Of a DNA stretch of 64,000 nucleotides, positions 1 through 13,289 are shown piece by piece. Positions within the stretch are counted from its first letter, which is position 1. Every line of letters begins with the position of its first letter. Under the pieces are notes generated by a model that was not told where the DNA came from, ran no database searches, and worked only from the letters and a program-made list of their open reading frames with translations. The DNA is from Hemiscyllium ocellatum (taxonomy: Eukaryota), in the NCBI RefSeq assembly GCF_020745735.1, contig NC_083423.1:23622001-23686000 (forward strand). The letters are read 5' to 3'. The position numbers and the translations under genes are program-made.

Positions 1-277
1 TGCTCTTGTGAAATATTGTGTCCAAGCCAAGAGCAACCTCATGAATGCTTCAACCATGTCAGCCAGAATGGCAGGACACCATTCCCAGGGGTTGGAAAAT
101 TCAGGACAACAATCATGGGTCAGATAAGGTTGGAGCTGATGGCTAGGCCATTGATTTTTCAGGGGAAGTGGGGATCCATACATTTCTAACAGTGAACAGG
201 AATGTTTCTTATCATGGGTGTTAGGAGGTCTATGCATAGCCTGGTCCCTTTGAGGGTCAACACAGTGTACAATGATC

Positions 278-301
278 AGAGAGAGAGAGAGAGAGAGAGA
301 G
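278..301. repeat. (AG)n microsatellite
   Basis: Perfect AG dinucleotide run. Confidence 0.9.
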
Positions 302-2209
302 TGGCAAGGGCACAGGCACAACCAGCCCATTTCTGCACAGCCAATCTTTACTCCTGGGATCCTTGTGTGGGCCACCAGTTTGCAAGTTTATGCAACCTGA
401 AGAATTCCCTCGGACATTCCCTGGACGACTAAATGTCAAGCAAATCACTGTGGATCTATGAAATCCAACCGGGCACAATTCTAGATATGATTTAGATGCA
501 GAAGGTTGGGAATCGAAGCAGAGAGTTTTGTTGGTCCTATTTAGCATCCAGCTTCTGGCAGGACCAGCAGAAATTATATTCAGAATAAGCGAGAGATATC
601 TTAAACATCACAGGACTGGATCAGGTTTCCTACCTCACTGTGTCACTACGGAAACAGTGATGCAATAGGGAGAAGCATTTATAATTGAACAATATTCTGT
701 GAAAAGCAGCCTCACAGTAAGGTAGGAAATTAAAGTGAAATCTTTAATAATATTCCACTTTGAACATAGTAGAATGACTCACAGGAAGTGCAGCTGGATT
801 TATTTGTAGGTTTCAATCTGTGTCTGTTAGAAACAACTGCTGCATTTAGGTGGTGTTAGCCTTCATCTGTGGGCGAGTTGTGTCTTGCCTCCTGATCACA
901 GCTCCTCTGGCACAGGCTGCTCTGAGAAGCCGGGTTCGGAGTTTCCCTTTGCATTGTCCAACTGGAATACAGAGAGAAGAAGTGATGGTGACATTGTACA
1001 AAGCAGCTGCAGACTGTCCGCTCTTATTGTAGAAAGGACTTTAATGCTTTTGTACTGAATCAGCACTGTAGATTCATCAGGGTGACACTAAGGATCAAAG
1101 GGGGGAGTTATTTGGTCAGTTTCAGACCCAGACCGGCACCCTACACACCCTGTTGAAACTTGGTCTTGTGCATTCTGACTTATAAAAGCAGCATTGATAC
1201 ACAGAGTGGGAGTTGGGTGGGTGGGTGGGGGGGGGATGTGGAGAAGTTGGTGGGGGGGTGGACAGGGAGTTTAACAAAGTGAGAATGAGGACAGGGTGTC
1301 CCACCTTCCAGAGAGTGGGGGGAGGATAGGGAGTGATGTGCAATAGACAACGACATAGCCACAAACAGGTGTTAGCCATGACAGAGGTATGAGGCTTATT
1401 GGGCACTGGGCCCATTCCAAAGAAGAAACACCACGTTTCTGTCCACCTTGACTCTGACTTGGAAAGTTAGTAGGTTCCTCAAACTCCTTTTGCTTTCTCC
1501 TGTCTATCATATTGTGGCAGCAGAGGTGTTAACAGGCCCTTAAACAGCCTTTCTTTTTTTTTTCTCCTAGTTTTATTTCTTTTTTTAAATTTTTTTTATT
1601 ACCCCCACACTACCGCCCAACTGTGGTAGTGCTTATTTATTCCCCCAGCACCCATGTTGTGTGTGTGCAGGTGTGGGACACAATGAAAGACACAAGGTGC
1701 ACGAATCTTTATTCAGTTCTTAACAGCCTTTCATTGGCATCCTCAGGGCTGTAATTGGTCCAAGGGTGTGCTGACAGCTGCCATTTTGTATTTTGGAGGA
1801 CAGCTTGAGATAGCTGGAGGGAATGGCTTGGTCACCACCACCACCTCCCCTCCCCCACCTCCCCTCGTCTTCCCCACCTTCCCCTCCCCTCCCCCACCTC
1901 TCCCTCCCCTCCCCCATACCGTCCCCTGACTTCCTCCAAGCAGGAGCAGGCTCTCTCTCTCTCTTACTTAGAACTTTGCTTCCAAAATCCTGCCAAACCT
2001 CACGTAAAACTTTATTTAATCTCTTACATTCTGGGAATACAAGTCTTATTTCCTCATCATCGAAAAGCCGGAGATAACATGATGCTGAAAGAACACCTGG
2101 CAAATGAGGCCAGTCAAATACTTGTCAATGTGGAGTTAGACAGAGCAGCAATAAGTTGGGTTAAAATGTATTGTCATGGAGAAGTATGGGTTAATAAATT
2201 GTGTCAAAT

Positions 2210-2520
2210 TGCATTTAGTTCATGTAATTGGGTTCTTTGATGGAGCGACAGAGGGTTAGTGAGAGTATTGGGGCTGATGTGCAAGCTTTTTAATACAGAT
2301 CTGTATACTAGAGTTGCTGACAAAGTGAATGTCCATTGGCCCAGGAGGGGATTGAGGAGAGGTTCAAACTGGCTGAAGGACAGAAAGCAGAGACTAGCAG
2401 TGAGCTGTTGTTTCTCCAGCTGGGATCGGGGGAGTATACTGCAATATACACCAATAACCTGCATTGGCTACATCTTCAAGGTTAGCAGTGACACAAAACT
2501 TGGAAATATATTGAAAACAA
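2210..2520 (+). mobile_element. Old CR1-type LINE RT fragment
   Basis: Translates to NWLKDRKQRLAVSCCFSSW and KVSSDTKLG, degenerate versions of the CR1 RT motifs WL..RKQRVV.G.FS.W and KFADDTKLG seen in better-preserved form at ~11070-11260. Confidence 0.7.
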
Positions 2521-3094
2521 TTCACAAAAGAGCTAGAACCAAAAACAGATCAAATGTCTTTACGCATTAAGTTGTTCTAACCTGTAAAGGAGGTGGAAAT
2601 AGATTCAATAATTCATAGGCAAGAGATGTACCTGTGTCCCCAAACACTCCCGTTACCATTCCTGTCTCACTGGCAAGACAGTTGTAGTGGTACAGTGGTA
2701 TATGGTCAGGAGAGAGTAGGGCCTGAGTGTCCTCAATATTCACTCCAAAACTCATGGTGTCAGGTCAGTTGAGGGAAAGAAAACTTCTTGGTGATTCTCA
2801 CATACTGCCCTTCCTTGGTTAAAGACTCAGTTCTCTTCCATTACTTGAAGGAAGCGTTGAATGTGACAAGGGCTTGGAATGGTGAACATCAATGGCTATC
2901 ACCAAGAGTGGCACTTCTGACCAAGCTAGCTGAGTGTATAAGGACATAGACTGGGTCAGTGACTGGTGGTGAGGAAAACAATAAGAGGGACAAAAAACAC
3001 TACTTGACCTCACACTCACCAATCTACCTGCCATTGATGCATCTGTCCATGACATTATTAGTAAGAAACACCACTACACAGTACTGGCAAAGAC

Positions 3095-4113
3095 TGTGAT
3101 ATAGATCATGTTGACATATGGATTTTTAATTTGTTTGGTTTGGATTTTTGGATTTTGAAAGTAGTGACATATGGGTCTTTATGTCTAACTGAATGAATTA
3201 ATAACTAATTTGAGTGTTCCAATTACCAGCGTATTTTCTAAAACAGTTTGTGAAACACTAATCAGGTTTAATGTACCTGAGAAGAGTTTACAATGTGGCA
3301 AAATAAACAATTGTGTCTCGAGGTTTCTGTTAGAAAGTTCTGGACTTTTATGGACCCATGGCTTAGACAGAGCAACTTTTTCAGTTTTACCTTCAGTGTT
3401 TGGGCAGTTCTGTAACTGATTCCTTGTGTGTTGTTGTTCCTGAGAAAGGAAGTCAATAGTTAGATGTGTTAACATGAGGTTAGTTTTGAGTAACAAGTCA
3501 GTGATAGTCCCAGACTACAAGTGTTTGAATAAAACCCTGAACAGCTGCTTGAAGTAGAGAATGTTTAAGCTCAGGTGGATGATAGCTTCTTTGTGTGATA
3601 GCTTCTCCCTGGAGCTGTCAGGTTTTCTAGGCTGGGAGCTTGAAGTCAAATTAGACCTTCGAGATGTTAGATAAAAAGATTTTCTCGTGAAATTATATTT
3701 CACCATGTGTTACAAAATATTTAAATTTAGTTTATTCTATTTTGTCTTCATTTCTTTTGCTTAATATCTGAAGATGTGCAGGTTAGGTAGATTATCATGC
3801 TAAGTTGCCCATAATGTCCAGGGATGTGCAGATGAGGTGGGTTAGCCATGGGAAATGCAGGGTTACAGGGACAAGGAAGGAGAGTGTGTCTGGGTGGACA
3901 TCAGAGAGTCAGTGTGGACTTGATGGGTCAAATGGCCTGATTCCACACTGTAGGGATCCTATGATTCTATGGAACTTCTGTTTCCTAGTTAAAACCATTT
4001 CTGTTGCATTGTTTACATTTCAATGAAACCAAAACAAAACTAAGTATGATCTACCAAGCCAGATTTCAGTCTGGAGTCTGACTTGTCCAGAAATAACATT
4101 GGCTGTAGTCACA
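3095..4113. mobile_element. Probable solo LTR (~1 kb) containing a SINE fragment
   Basis: Starts TGTGA and ends TCACA (TG...CA inverted termini), interrupts a LINE remnant, non-coding. Confidence 0.5.
3771..3971 (+). mobile_element. HE1-type SINE, 3' part
   Basis: aagatgtgcaggttagg...catgctaagttgccc...ccacactgtagggat + ctatga tail; matches the reverse complement of the copy at 34200-34527. Confidence 0.7.
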
Positions 4114-4769
4114 GCCACACAAATTCCCACCTTCACATTGAAGATGCCTCTCTATCATATTGTGCAGTGCTACCACCGTGCCCAATGGGACCGACTTAGA
4201 AGAGATCGAGCAGCCCCAAACCGAGCATTCACGTGATCCATTAGGCCATCAGCAGCGACAGAACCACAATCGATAAACTCATGGTCTGGCATATTTTACC
4301 ATGACCATCACGCTGTGAGATCAACCCTGCCTCAGTGGGAGTTCAGGACGGCACCAGTACCAGGTGTACCAAACAGCACTGTGGGTGCTCCTACCAGTAT
4401 CTGCCCTCCGACCCCCACGCAACACTATGGTGATTCAAGAACATAGCTCATGACATGCTTTTGAAGTGCAATTAGCCATGGGTAATAAATGCTGGCCCAG
4501 CCACTAACATAGAAAAGAAAGCAATGCTGTGACATTTGATGGCGATTGTATAGAGAGAGATTTGCTTTGGTTCGAACCCTACGCTGCTGTACATGTCCTG
4601 GGAAAGATTGATGGGGTAAAGACTCAGTCTTTTCATTTTTCTGCAGTTCTGATGAAGGACGAAAATAGGAAAAGAACTGTTTTAAAAACCAAGGATTGTT
4701 GAAAGGTTGCTGCATTTTTTGAAAAGCAAATAATCAGATACTTGTCAGGTGGATTTTGAAGATATTTGA

Positions 4770-4922
4770 ACATTTAAAAGGCATTTGGATAGATACATGA
4801 GTAAGAATGGTTTGGAGGGAGATGGGCCTGGATCAGGCAGGTGTGACTAGTTTAGTTTGGGATTATGTTTGGCATGGACTGGTTGGACCGAAGGATCTGT
4901 TTCTGGGCTGTATGACTCTATG
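4770..4922 (+). mobile_element. HER1/CR1 LINE 3' end
   Basis: catttaaaaggcatttggat...ctgtatgactctatg, similar to the 3' end at 11990-12153. Confidence 0.75.
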
Positions 4923-5298
4923 GCAACTAGTTGTTGAGAGGGTTACTGAATAAATGTTTGCACTGCTGTGTTTTCAAGCAGTCACAGGATTGTTTGCAAA
5001 CAGACTGCAGTCAAAGGGATGACCCTATTAGAGGCTTGATTCGTGAGAAGTAGCTGATTGGTCTATGCGTTAGTGACTAGGGTATCAATGGCAGGACCGG
5101 CCACGATGAGAATGGCTTCCAGGTTGCTGAACTGCTCAGGGGTGAAAATGTTGAGGAGAAGCTATTCGATCTCTGCAAGAGTTGGAATTGGCTCTCTTCT
5201 CTGCTGTAAAACCTAGCTTATGCCTGAAGAAAGCCAATTTATTCTGAATCTAACCCCCTGCTTTACCTGATCTGAGTCCTTGATGGGACAGTGTAGAG

Positions 5299-5545
5299 CT
5301 GAAAATGTGTTGCTGGAAAAGCGCAGCAGGTCAGGCAGCATCCAAGGAACAGGAGATTTGACATTTTGGGCATAAGCCCTTCTTCAGGAATGAGGAAAGT
5401 GTGTCCAGCAGGCTAAGATAAAAGGTAGGGAGGAGGGACTTGGAGGAGGGGTGTTGGAGATGCGATAGGTGGAAAGAGGTCAAGGTGAGGGTGATAGGCC
5501 GGAGTGGGATGGGGGTGGAGAGGTCAGGAAGAAGATTGCAGGTTA
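5299..5545 (-). mobile_element. Penelope-like element terminal fragment
   Basis: Reverse complement of the ends at 31640-31730 and 43830-44067; agtgtagag on both flanks; hammerhead core decayed (GAAA to AAAA). Confidence 0.7.
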
Positions 5546-5752
5546 GTGTAGAGGACAGTGTAGAGGGACAGGGACAGTGTAGAGGGAACTGTACTCTGGA
5601 GCTGAGGCCAATGGGTCCTTCTCAATAAGTTCAGTCTAGATCTGAATTCGACTCCTGGTCCTGAAGGGTGAAGGATCAGTTACTGACTCAGTGCACTTCC
5701 AAGTGTTAATGTTTCAGTGACCTCTATAATTGGTAAATTCCTTGCTTTTCAG

Positions 5753-5939
5753 ATATATTTCACGGTTGAATCCTGTTAGGGAGCAGAGTGTATGTCACAT
5801 GGAGTTGGAACACTGGGCTTGCTATGATCCGCTGGGAGTGATGTTCCAGGACTCAACTGCAGAAGATATTCTCAAGTTCCTGCAACGCTTACGTCAGGAG
5901 CCTGTCTCAATGTATCAGCTCCAGGAGGCACTCAGCCAG
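5753..5939 (+). CDS. Uncharacterised + strand gene, first coding exon identified (YISRLNPV...QEALSQ)
   Basis: cttgcttttcag acceptor, cag|gtgaga donor, 187 bp open, phase 2 to 0, phase-matched to the exon at 22231. Confidence 0.75.
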
Positions 5940-6420
5940 GTGAGAAGATAGTGAACAGATTTATTCAGTAACCCTTCCATCAGCTAGTTGTCATAGAGCC
6001 CAGAAACAGACCCATTAGTCTAACCAGTCCATGCTGAACATAATCCCAAACTAAACTAATCTCAACTGCCTGATCCTGGCCCGTCTCCCTCCAAACCTTT
6101 CCTACTCATGTATCTATTCAAATGTATTATAAATGATGTAATTGTATCTTCAAATCCACCTGAGAATGTATGTGTAACATGAGATTTGAATCCATGCACA
6201 GCCCAAAGAATCAGCAGGAAGGATTCTTTAATCCACTGGCATCAGGTTGTTACAAATGTGAAAGAAAGTTAAGGTTAAATGAGCTTTCACATGGAACGAA
6301 GCCTGGGGTTTGTTTCTGGTTGAGGAAGTCCTTTGTTTGTCTGGTCCTTCTACCCAAAGACACTTTCCTTCCAGAGAGACTCCATTTGACTGTTCCAGTT
6401 GCTTGTTGCCCTCCCTCAGC

Positions 6421-7140
6421 GTCGCCCCCTGCTGCTGCTGGAAACTCACTGACATATCGTCCCCTGCTGCTGCTGGACACTCACTGACATATCGCCCCCT
6501 GCTGCTGCTGGACACTCACCAACATATCGCCCCCTGCTGCTGCTGGACACTCACCAACATATCGCCCCCTGCTGCTGGAAACTCACCAGCATATCGCCCC
6601 CTGCTGCTGGAGACTCACCAACATATCGCCCCCTGCTGCTGGAGACTCACCAACATATCGCCCCCTGCTGCTGGAAGAGCTCCGACATATCGCCCCCTGC
6701 TGCTGGACACTCACTGACATATCGCCCCCTGCTGCTGGACACTCACTGACATATCACCCCCTGCTGCTGGAAACTCACCAGCATATCGCCCCCTGCTGCT
6801 GGAAGATCTCCGACATATCGCCCCCTGCTGCTGGAAACTCACTGACATATTGCTCCCTGCTGCTGGAAACTCACTGACATATCGTCCCCTGCTGCTGGAA
6901 ACTCACTACATATCGCCCCCCCCCTGCTGCTGGACACTCACTGACATATTGCTCCCTGCTGCTGGAAACTCACTGACATATCGCCCCCTGCTGCTGGAAA
7001 CTCACTACATATCGCCCCCCCCTGCTGCTGGACACTCACTGACATATCACCCCCTGCTGCTGGAAGATCTCCGACATATCACCCCCTGCTGCTGGAAACT
7101 CACCAGCATATCACCCCCTGCTGCTGGAAGATCTCCAACA
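6421..7140. repeat. 32-bp minisatellite (atatcgccccctgctgctggacactcactgac), ~22 copies
   Basis: Direct periodicity, e.g. 6721 vs 6753. Confidence 0.95.
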
Positions 7141-7659
7141 TACTTAATGAGATGGTTGACCACTACTATTTGGGCTATGATGTCGATGTGGGCTTTCTAC
7201 AAGAACAGTTCAGTTCATCCCACTTACCTACGATTTCCCTGGAGGTCTCAGAAACTTTCCTCTCGGATAAAGACCCAATTTCCTTTTGATGACATCAATG
7301 GAATCTGCCTCCATCAGTCCCACAGGCAGTACATTCCACATATTTCTGCATGTCACCTTTGGTAGATTTGCCTTAAATCAGTGTCCTCTGGGTCATGACC
7401 ATTCCAGAAATGAGAGCAGTTTTATTCTATCCCCTTTTTTAAGGCCTCTCAAGATTTTGAGCAGCTCTATCAAATTAGCTCTCAGTTTCCTAAAGAGAAC
7501 AGCACCATCTTCTTCAATCTATTAATGTAACTGAAGTCTTTCATCCCTGGAACCATTCTCATTCACCTTCCTGCACTCTAGCACTCCCATGTACATCCTT
7601 ACCTAGGTACAGTGCCAGGTATTAGAGTTGAGCGTGTGGTGCGGGTAATCCAAGATGGA

Positions 7660-10600
7660 GGAAGGGAAAAATTTCTGGCTGTAAGAGCTGCTCCTTTTTT
7701 TGAGGTATTTTAGGTGCTGGAGGTGATTTCCTTGAATTCCAGAAGCAGCAATTACTGTTTTATATGCTGTTGCATTGTTTTGGAACTTTGGGAAAAAAAA
7801 GTCAGAGCAACAGCAATTTTAAAAGGGAGAAGGGCAGACAAAGGAAGCACATGGTGAGGACAGTGCAGGGGGGAGGGGGAGAGAGAACCTGCACAGTTAC
7901 TGCCTTTGCTGTTTGAATTCGTGTATCGCTGGACATCAGAGTGCATCTGGGAAAATTGACAGTGAATTTCACAACTAACCTTGGAGGAACTAGTTTGGGC
8001 GAAGTTCACAACACAGAATCAGATAAGTTAATTGTTGTTTTAAGTCTGTCCAAGAGAAAGGCTGTATTAGTGAGTACAGTGGGTTCTTTCTTGATTATAT
8101 GTTTTTGGAGATAAGTCTCTTGATTAAACTTAAAATATAAGCCATAGCTATTAATTTAACCTGGGGCAGTGTTTTGTCGAGGAATAAGACAGTGTTATTT
8201 TCTGGGTCTGTAGATTGTGAAGGAGTTAAAATGGCCTTTGCAGTGATATGTACTTCTTGTCAGATGTGGGAGTTTAAAGAGAGTTTAAGGGTTACTGCTG
8301 ATTATATCTGCCATAAATGCTGTTGGATGCGAATCTTATCAGATCGAGTGGATTGGTTGGAGAGACAGATAGAAGTATTGAGCAATGTGCAACAGCAACA
8401 GTATGTGATGGATGGCAGTTATAGGAAGGGGGAGGGGAATGTCTCAGATACAGTCACATAGATGGGTTAACTCCAGGAAGGGTAAGAGAGGTAGGCAGCT
8501 AGTGCAGGAGTCTTTTGAGGATATACCCATTTCAAATAGGTATGCTGTTTTGGAAAATGTAGGGGTGATGGATTCTCAAGGGAATGTAGCATGAACAGCC
8601 AAGTTTCTGGCATTGAGACTGGCAATGAGGGGTTCGTTGGCTTCCAAGAGATCAATTGTGTTAGGGGACTCTCTAGATCCGAGGTGCAGACAGATGTTTC
8701 TGTGGCCAGCAGCGAAAAATCAGAATGGTGTGTTGTTTCCCTGGTGCCAGGATCAAGGCTGTCTCAGAGAGGGTGCAGAATGTTCTCACGGGGGAGAGGG
8801 GCCAGCAAGAGGTCATTGTCCACATTGGAACCAACGATATAGGAAGGGAAAAGGTTGAGATTCTGAAGTAAGATTACAGAAAGTTAGGCAGGAATTTAAA
8901 AAGGAGGTCCTCAAGGGTAGTAATATCTGGATTACACCCAGTGCTACAAGCTAGTGAGGGCAGGAATAGGAGGATAGAGCAGATGAATGCATGGCTGAGG
9001 AGCCTGTGTATGGAGAAGGATTCACATTTTTGGATCATTGGAATCTCGTTTGGATAGAAGTGACCTGTACAAGAAGGACGGATTGCACCTAAATTGGAAG
9101 GGGACTAATATACTGACAGGGAAATTTGCTAGAACTGCGTGGAAGAATTTAAACTAATAAGGTGGGGGGTGGGACCCAGGGAGATAGTGAGGAAAGAGAT
9201 CAATCTGAGACTAGTACAGTTGAGTACAGAAGTGAGTCAAACAGTCAGGGCAGGCAGGGACAAGATAGGACTAATAAATTAAACTGCATTTACTTTAATG
9301 CAAAGGGCCTAACAGGGAAGGCAGATGAACTCAGGGCATGGTTAGGAACATGGGACTGGGATATCATAGCAATTACAGAAACATGGCTAAGGGATGGGGA
9401 GGACTGGCAGCTTAATGTTCCAGGATACGAATGCTACAGGAAGGATAGAAAGGGAGGCAAGAGAGGAGGGGATGTGGCATTTTTGATAAGGGATAGCATT
9501 ACAGCTGTGCTGAGGGAGGATATTCCCGGAAATACATCCAGGGAAGTTATTTGGGTGGAACTGAGAAATGAGAAAGGGATGATCACCTTATTCTGATTGT
9601 ATTATAGACCCCCCTAATAGTCAGAGGGAAATTGAGAAACAGATTTGCAAGGAGATCTCAGCTATCTGTAAGAATAATAGGGTGGTTATGGTCGGGGATT
9701 TTAACTTTCCAAACATCGACTGGGACTGCCATAGTGTTAAAGGTTTAATTGGAGAGGAATTTCTTAAGTGCGTACAAGACAATTTTCTGATTCAGTATGT
9801 GGATGTACCTACGAGAGAAGGTGCAAAACTTGACCTACTCTTGGGAAATAAGGCAAGGCAGGTGACTGAGGTGTCAGTGGGGGAGCACTTTGGGGCCAGT
9901 GACCATAAATCTATTAGTTTTTAAATAGTGATGGAAAAGGATAGACCAGATCTAAAAGTTGAAGTTCTAAATTGGAGAAAGGCCAATTTTGATGGTATTA
10001 GGCAAGAACTTTCAAAAGTTGACTGGTGGCAGATGTTCGCAGGTAAAGGGACGGCTGGAAAATGGGAAGCCTTCAGAAATGAGATAACAAGAATCCAGAG
10101 AAAGTATATTCCTGTCAGGGTGAAAGGGAAGGCTGGTAGGTATAGGGAATGCTGGATGACTAAAGAAATTGAGGGTTTAGTTAAGAAAAAGAAGGAAGAT
10201 TATGTCAAGTATAGACAGGATAGATCGAGTGAATCCTTAGAAGAGTATAAAGGAAGTAGGAGTATACTTAAGAGGGAAATCAGGAGGGCAAAACGGGGGC
10301 ATGAGATAGTTTTGGCAAATATAATTAAGGAGAATCCAAAGGGTTTTTACAAATATATTAACTACAAGAGGGTAACTAGGGAGAGAATAAGGCCCCTCCA
10401 AGATCAGCAAGGTGGCCTTTGTGTGGAAAATGGGGGAGATACTAAATGAATATTTTGCATCAGTATTTACTGTGGAAAAGGATATGGAAGATATAGACTG
10501 TAGGGAAATAGATGGTGACATCTTGCAAAATGTCCAGATTACAGAAGAGAAAGTGCTGGATGTCTTGAAACAGTTAAAGGTGGATAAATCCCCAGGACCT

Positions 10601-12153
10601 GATCAGGTGTACCCAAGAACTCTGTGGGAAGCTAGAGAAGTGATTTGCTGGGCCTCTTGCTGAGATATTTGTATCATCGATAGTCACAGGTGAGGTGCCG
10701 GAAGACTGGAGGTTGGCAAACGTGGTGCCACTGTTTAAGAAGGGTGGTAAGGTCAAGCCAGGGAACTATAGACCAGTGAGCCTGACCTTGGTGGTGGACA
10801 AGTTGTTGGAGGGAATCCTGAGAGACAGGGTGTACATGTATTTGGAAAGGCAAGGACTGATTCGGGATAGTCAGCATGGCTTTGTGCGTGGGAAATCATG
10901 TCTCACAAACTTGATTGAGTTTTTTGAAGAAGTAACAAAGAAGATTGATAAGGGCAGAGCGTAAGATGTAGTCTATATGGACTTCAGTAAGGTGTTCGAC
11001 AAGGTTCCCCATGGGAGACTGATTAGCAAGGTTAGATCTCATGGAATACAGGGAGAACTAGCCATTTGGATACAGAACTGGCTCAAAGGTAGAAGACAGA
11101 GGTGGTGGTGGATTGATTTTCAGACTGGAGGCCTATGACCAGTGGACTGCCACAAGGATCAGTGCTGGGTCCTCTACTTTTTGTCATTTACATAAATGAT
11201 TTGGATGCGAGCATAAGAGGTACAGTTAGTAAGTTTGCAGATGACACCAAAATTGGAGGTGTAGTGGACAGCAAAGAGGGTTACCTCAGATTACAACAGG
11301 ATCTGGACCAGATGGGCCAATGGGCTGAGAAGTGGCAGATGGAGTTTAATTCAGATAAATGCGAGGTGCTGCATTTTAGGAAAGCAAATCTAATCAGGAT
11401 TTGTACACTTAATGGTAAGGTCCTAGGGAGTGTTGCTGACAAAGAGACCTTGGAGTGCAGGTTCATAACTCCTTGAAAGTGGAGTCACAGGTAGATAGGA
11501 TAGTGAAGAAGATGTTTGGTATGCTTTCCTTTATTGGTCAGAGTATTGAGTACAGGAGTTGGGAGGTCATGTTGCGGCTGTACAGGACATTGGTTAGGCC
11601 GCTGTTGGAATATTGCATGCAATTCTGGTCTCCTTCCTATCAGAAAGATGTTGTGAAACTTGAAAGGATTCAGAAAAGATTTACAAGGATGTTGCCAGGG
11701 TTGGAGGATTTGAGCTATAGGGAGAGGCTGAACAGGCTGAGGCTGTTTTCCCTGGAGTCTCGGAGGCTGACGGGTGACATTATAGAGGTTTACAAAATTG
11801 AGGGGCATGGATAGGATAAATAGATAAAATCTTTTCCCTGAGGTTGGGGAGTCCAGAACTAGGGGGCAAAGGTTTAGGGTGAAAGGGGAAAGATATAAAA
11901 GAGACCTAAGGGGCAATGTTTTCACACAGAGGGTGGTATGTGTATGGATTAAGCTGCCAGAGGAAGTGGTGGAGGCTGGTACATTTGCAACATTTAAGAG
12001 GCATCTGGATGGGTTTATGAATTGGAAGGGTTTGGAGGGATATGGGCTGGGTGCTGGCAGGTAGGACTAGTTTGGGTTGGGATATCTGGTCGGCGTGGAC
12101 AGGTTGGACCAAAGGGTCTGTTTCCATGCTGTACATCTCTATGACTGTATGAC
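7660..12153 (+). mobile_element. Near full-length CR1-clade LINE (HER1-like), disabled
   Basis: ORF1 (~8231-9155): Cys finger CTSC..C..C, esterase motifs IVLGDS, HIGTND, DGLHLN. ORF2 (~9160-11990): APE motifs (YFNAKGL, IAITETW, GDFNFP, SDH) and RT motifs (NYRPVSL, QHGF, PQGSVLGP, FADDTK). (ctatga)-like tail. Several frameshifts and stops. Confidence 0.95.
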
Positions 12154-12349
12154 TTTCTGACTGGGCAGCAACTGAGGAACAGGACAGTCGACGTTTCAGG
12201 CTTAAGTATTAGAGTCAGTATTCCAGTTGAGGCTGAATAAGGGTTTTATCCATATTCCCTTATTTTTGTATCACTCCATATCCATACTGATAAAGTACAC
12301 AATGCTGTGAGTTCTATTACCTGTGTTTAGTATTCATTCCCAGCATGCA

Positions 12350-12670
12350 GTTGTTGCTGGCTGGACTGGCATTTATTACTCGAATTGCCAAGAGGACAGT
12401 TAAGAGGCAATCACAGTGCTGTAGGTCTGGAGTCACCAGGTAAGGGTGAGAGATTTCCTTCCTTGGTTAGTGAACCAGGGAGGATTTTACAACAGTTGAC
12501 AGTGCTGCCATTTACACAGTGGCCAGTGTTTTTCTCCCTCTCTCGACTCCGGACTTTATTGAATTCAAATTACGCCATCTGCCATGGCGAGATTCGAACC
12601 CATGTCCCGCAACATTAACCTGGGCTTCGGGTTTGCTAATCCAATGACGGCACCAATACGCAACCAGCTC
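12350..12670 (-). mobile_element. tRNA-derived SINE, old
   Basis: B-box-like GGTTCGAATC on the - strand at ~12591-12600, followed by a SINE-like body. Confidence 0.55.
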
Positions 12671-13289
12671 CAGACTTGTACTCAACCTGCCCTGCCACTT
12701 TCAACAATTTGTGGTCATATATCCCCAATCCCTACCGCACTCTGTCTCTGGAATTGTATCATTTATTTTACATTGCTTCTCCCCCAGCTTCTGTGCGAAA
12801 TGTATCTCTACAGCTTTTGGCACTAAATTCCATCTGCCACTTGCTCCCCCATCCTACCAGCCTGTCTAGGCCACCTTGAAGACAGTCACTATCCTCCTCA
12901 GAGTACATTACATTTCTGTCATCTGCGTTTAAAATTGCACTCAGCATGTGATCAGCCTAGATTGTCAACATACATCAGGAGGAGCAGTGGTCCTTGTCCC
13001 CGTCTAAACTACATTAGTGATGGAAACTCCAGCCAACACTAGATGGCCTTTGACCCCACTCACTGCTTCCTCCAGTTCTGAGGAAGGGTCGCTTAACCTG
13101 AAATATTAACCGTGATTTCTTTCCACAGATACTGCCAGACCCACTGAGTTTTTCCAGCATTTTCTGGTTTTGTTCCTTCCTCCTCCTTTAGCTTCTATTC
13201 AACAATGAAACCCTGCATTTGATTGGCAGAGGACAGGAACCAGAGCAGTAAGTTAGCAAGTCAAATGACAGAGGAGGTGTCAGAGACTG

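Larger units (their letters stand above)
2790..4510 (+). mobile_element. Degenerate CR1/L2-clade LINE (endonuclease region), split by an LTR-like insertion
   Basis: LLDLTLTNL-like APE motif near 3000-3030. LINE-like sequence stops at 3094 and resumes at ~4120 (cccaccttcacattgaag). Confidence 0.55.

Noticed and set aside
1972-2190. Possible upstream exon of the + strand gene (LCFQNPAKPHVK...ELDRAAI)
   Set aside because: Good acceptor and an open frame, but no convincing phase-2 donor to join the exon at 5753; left uncalled.
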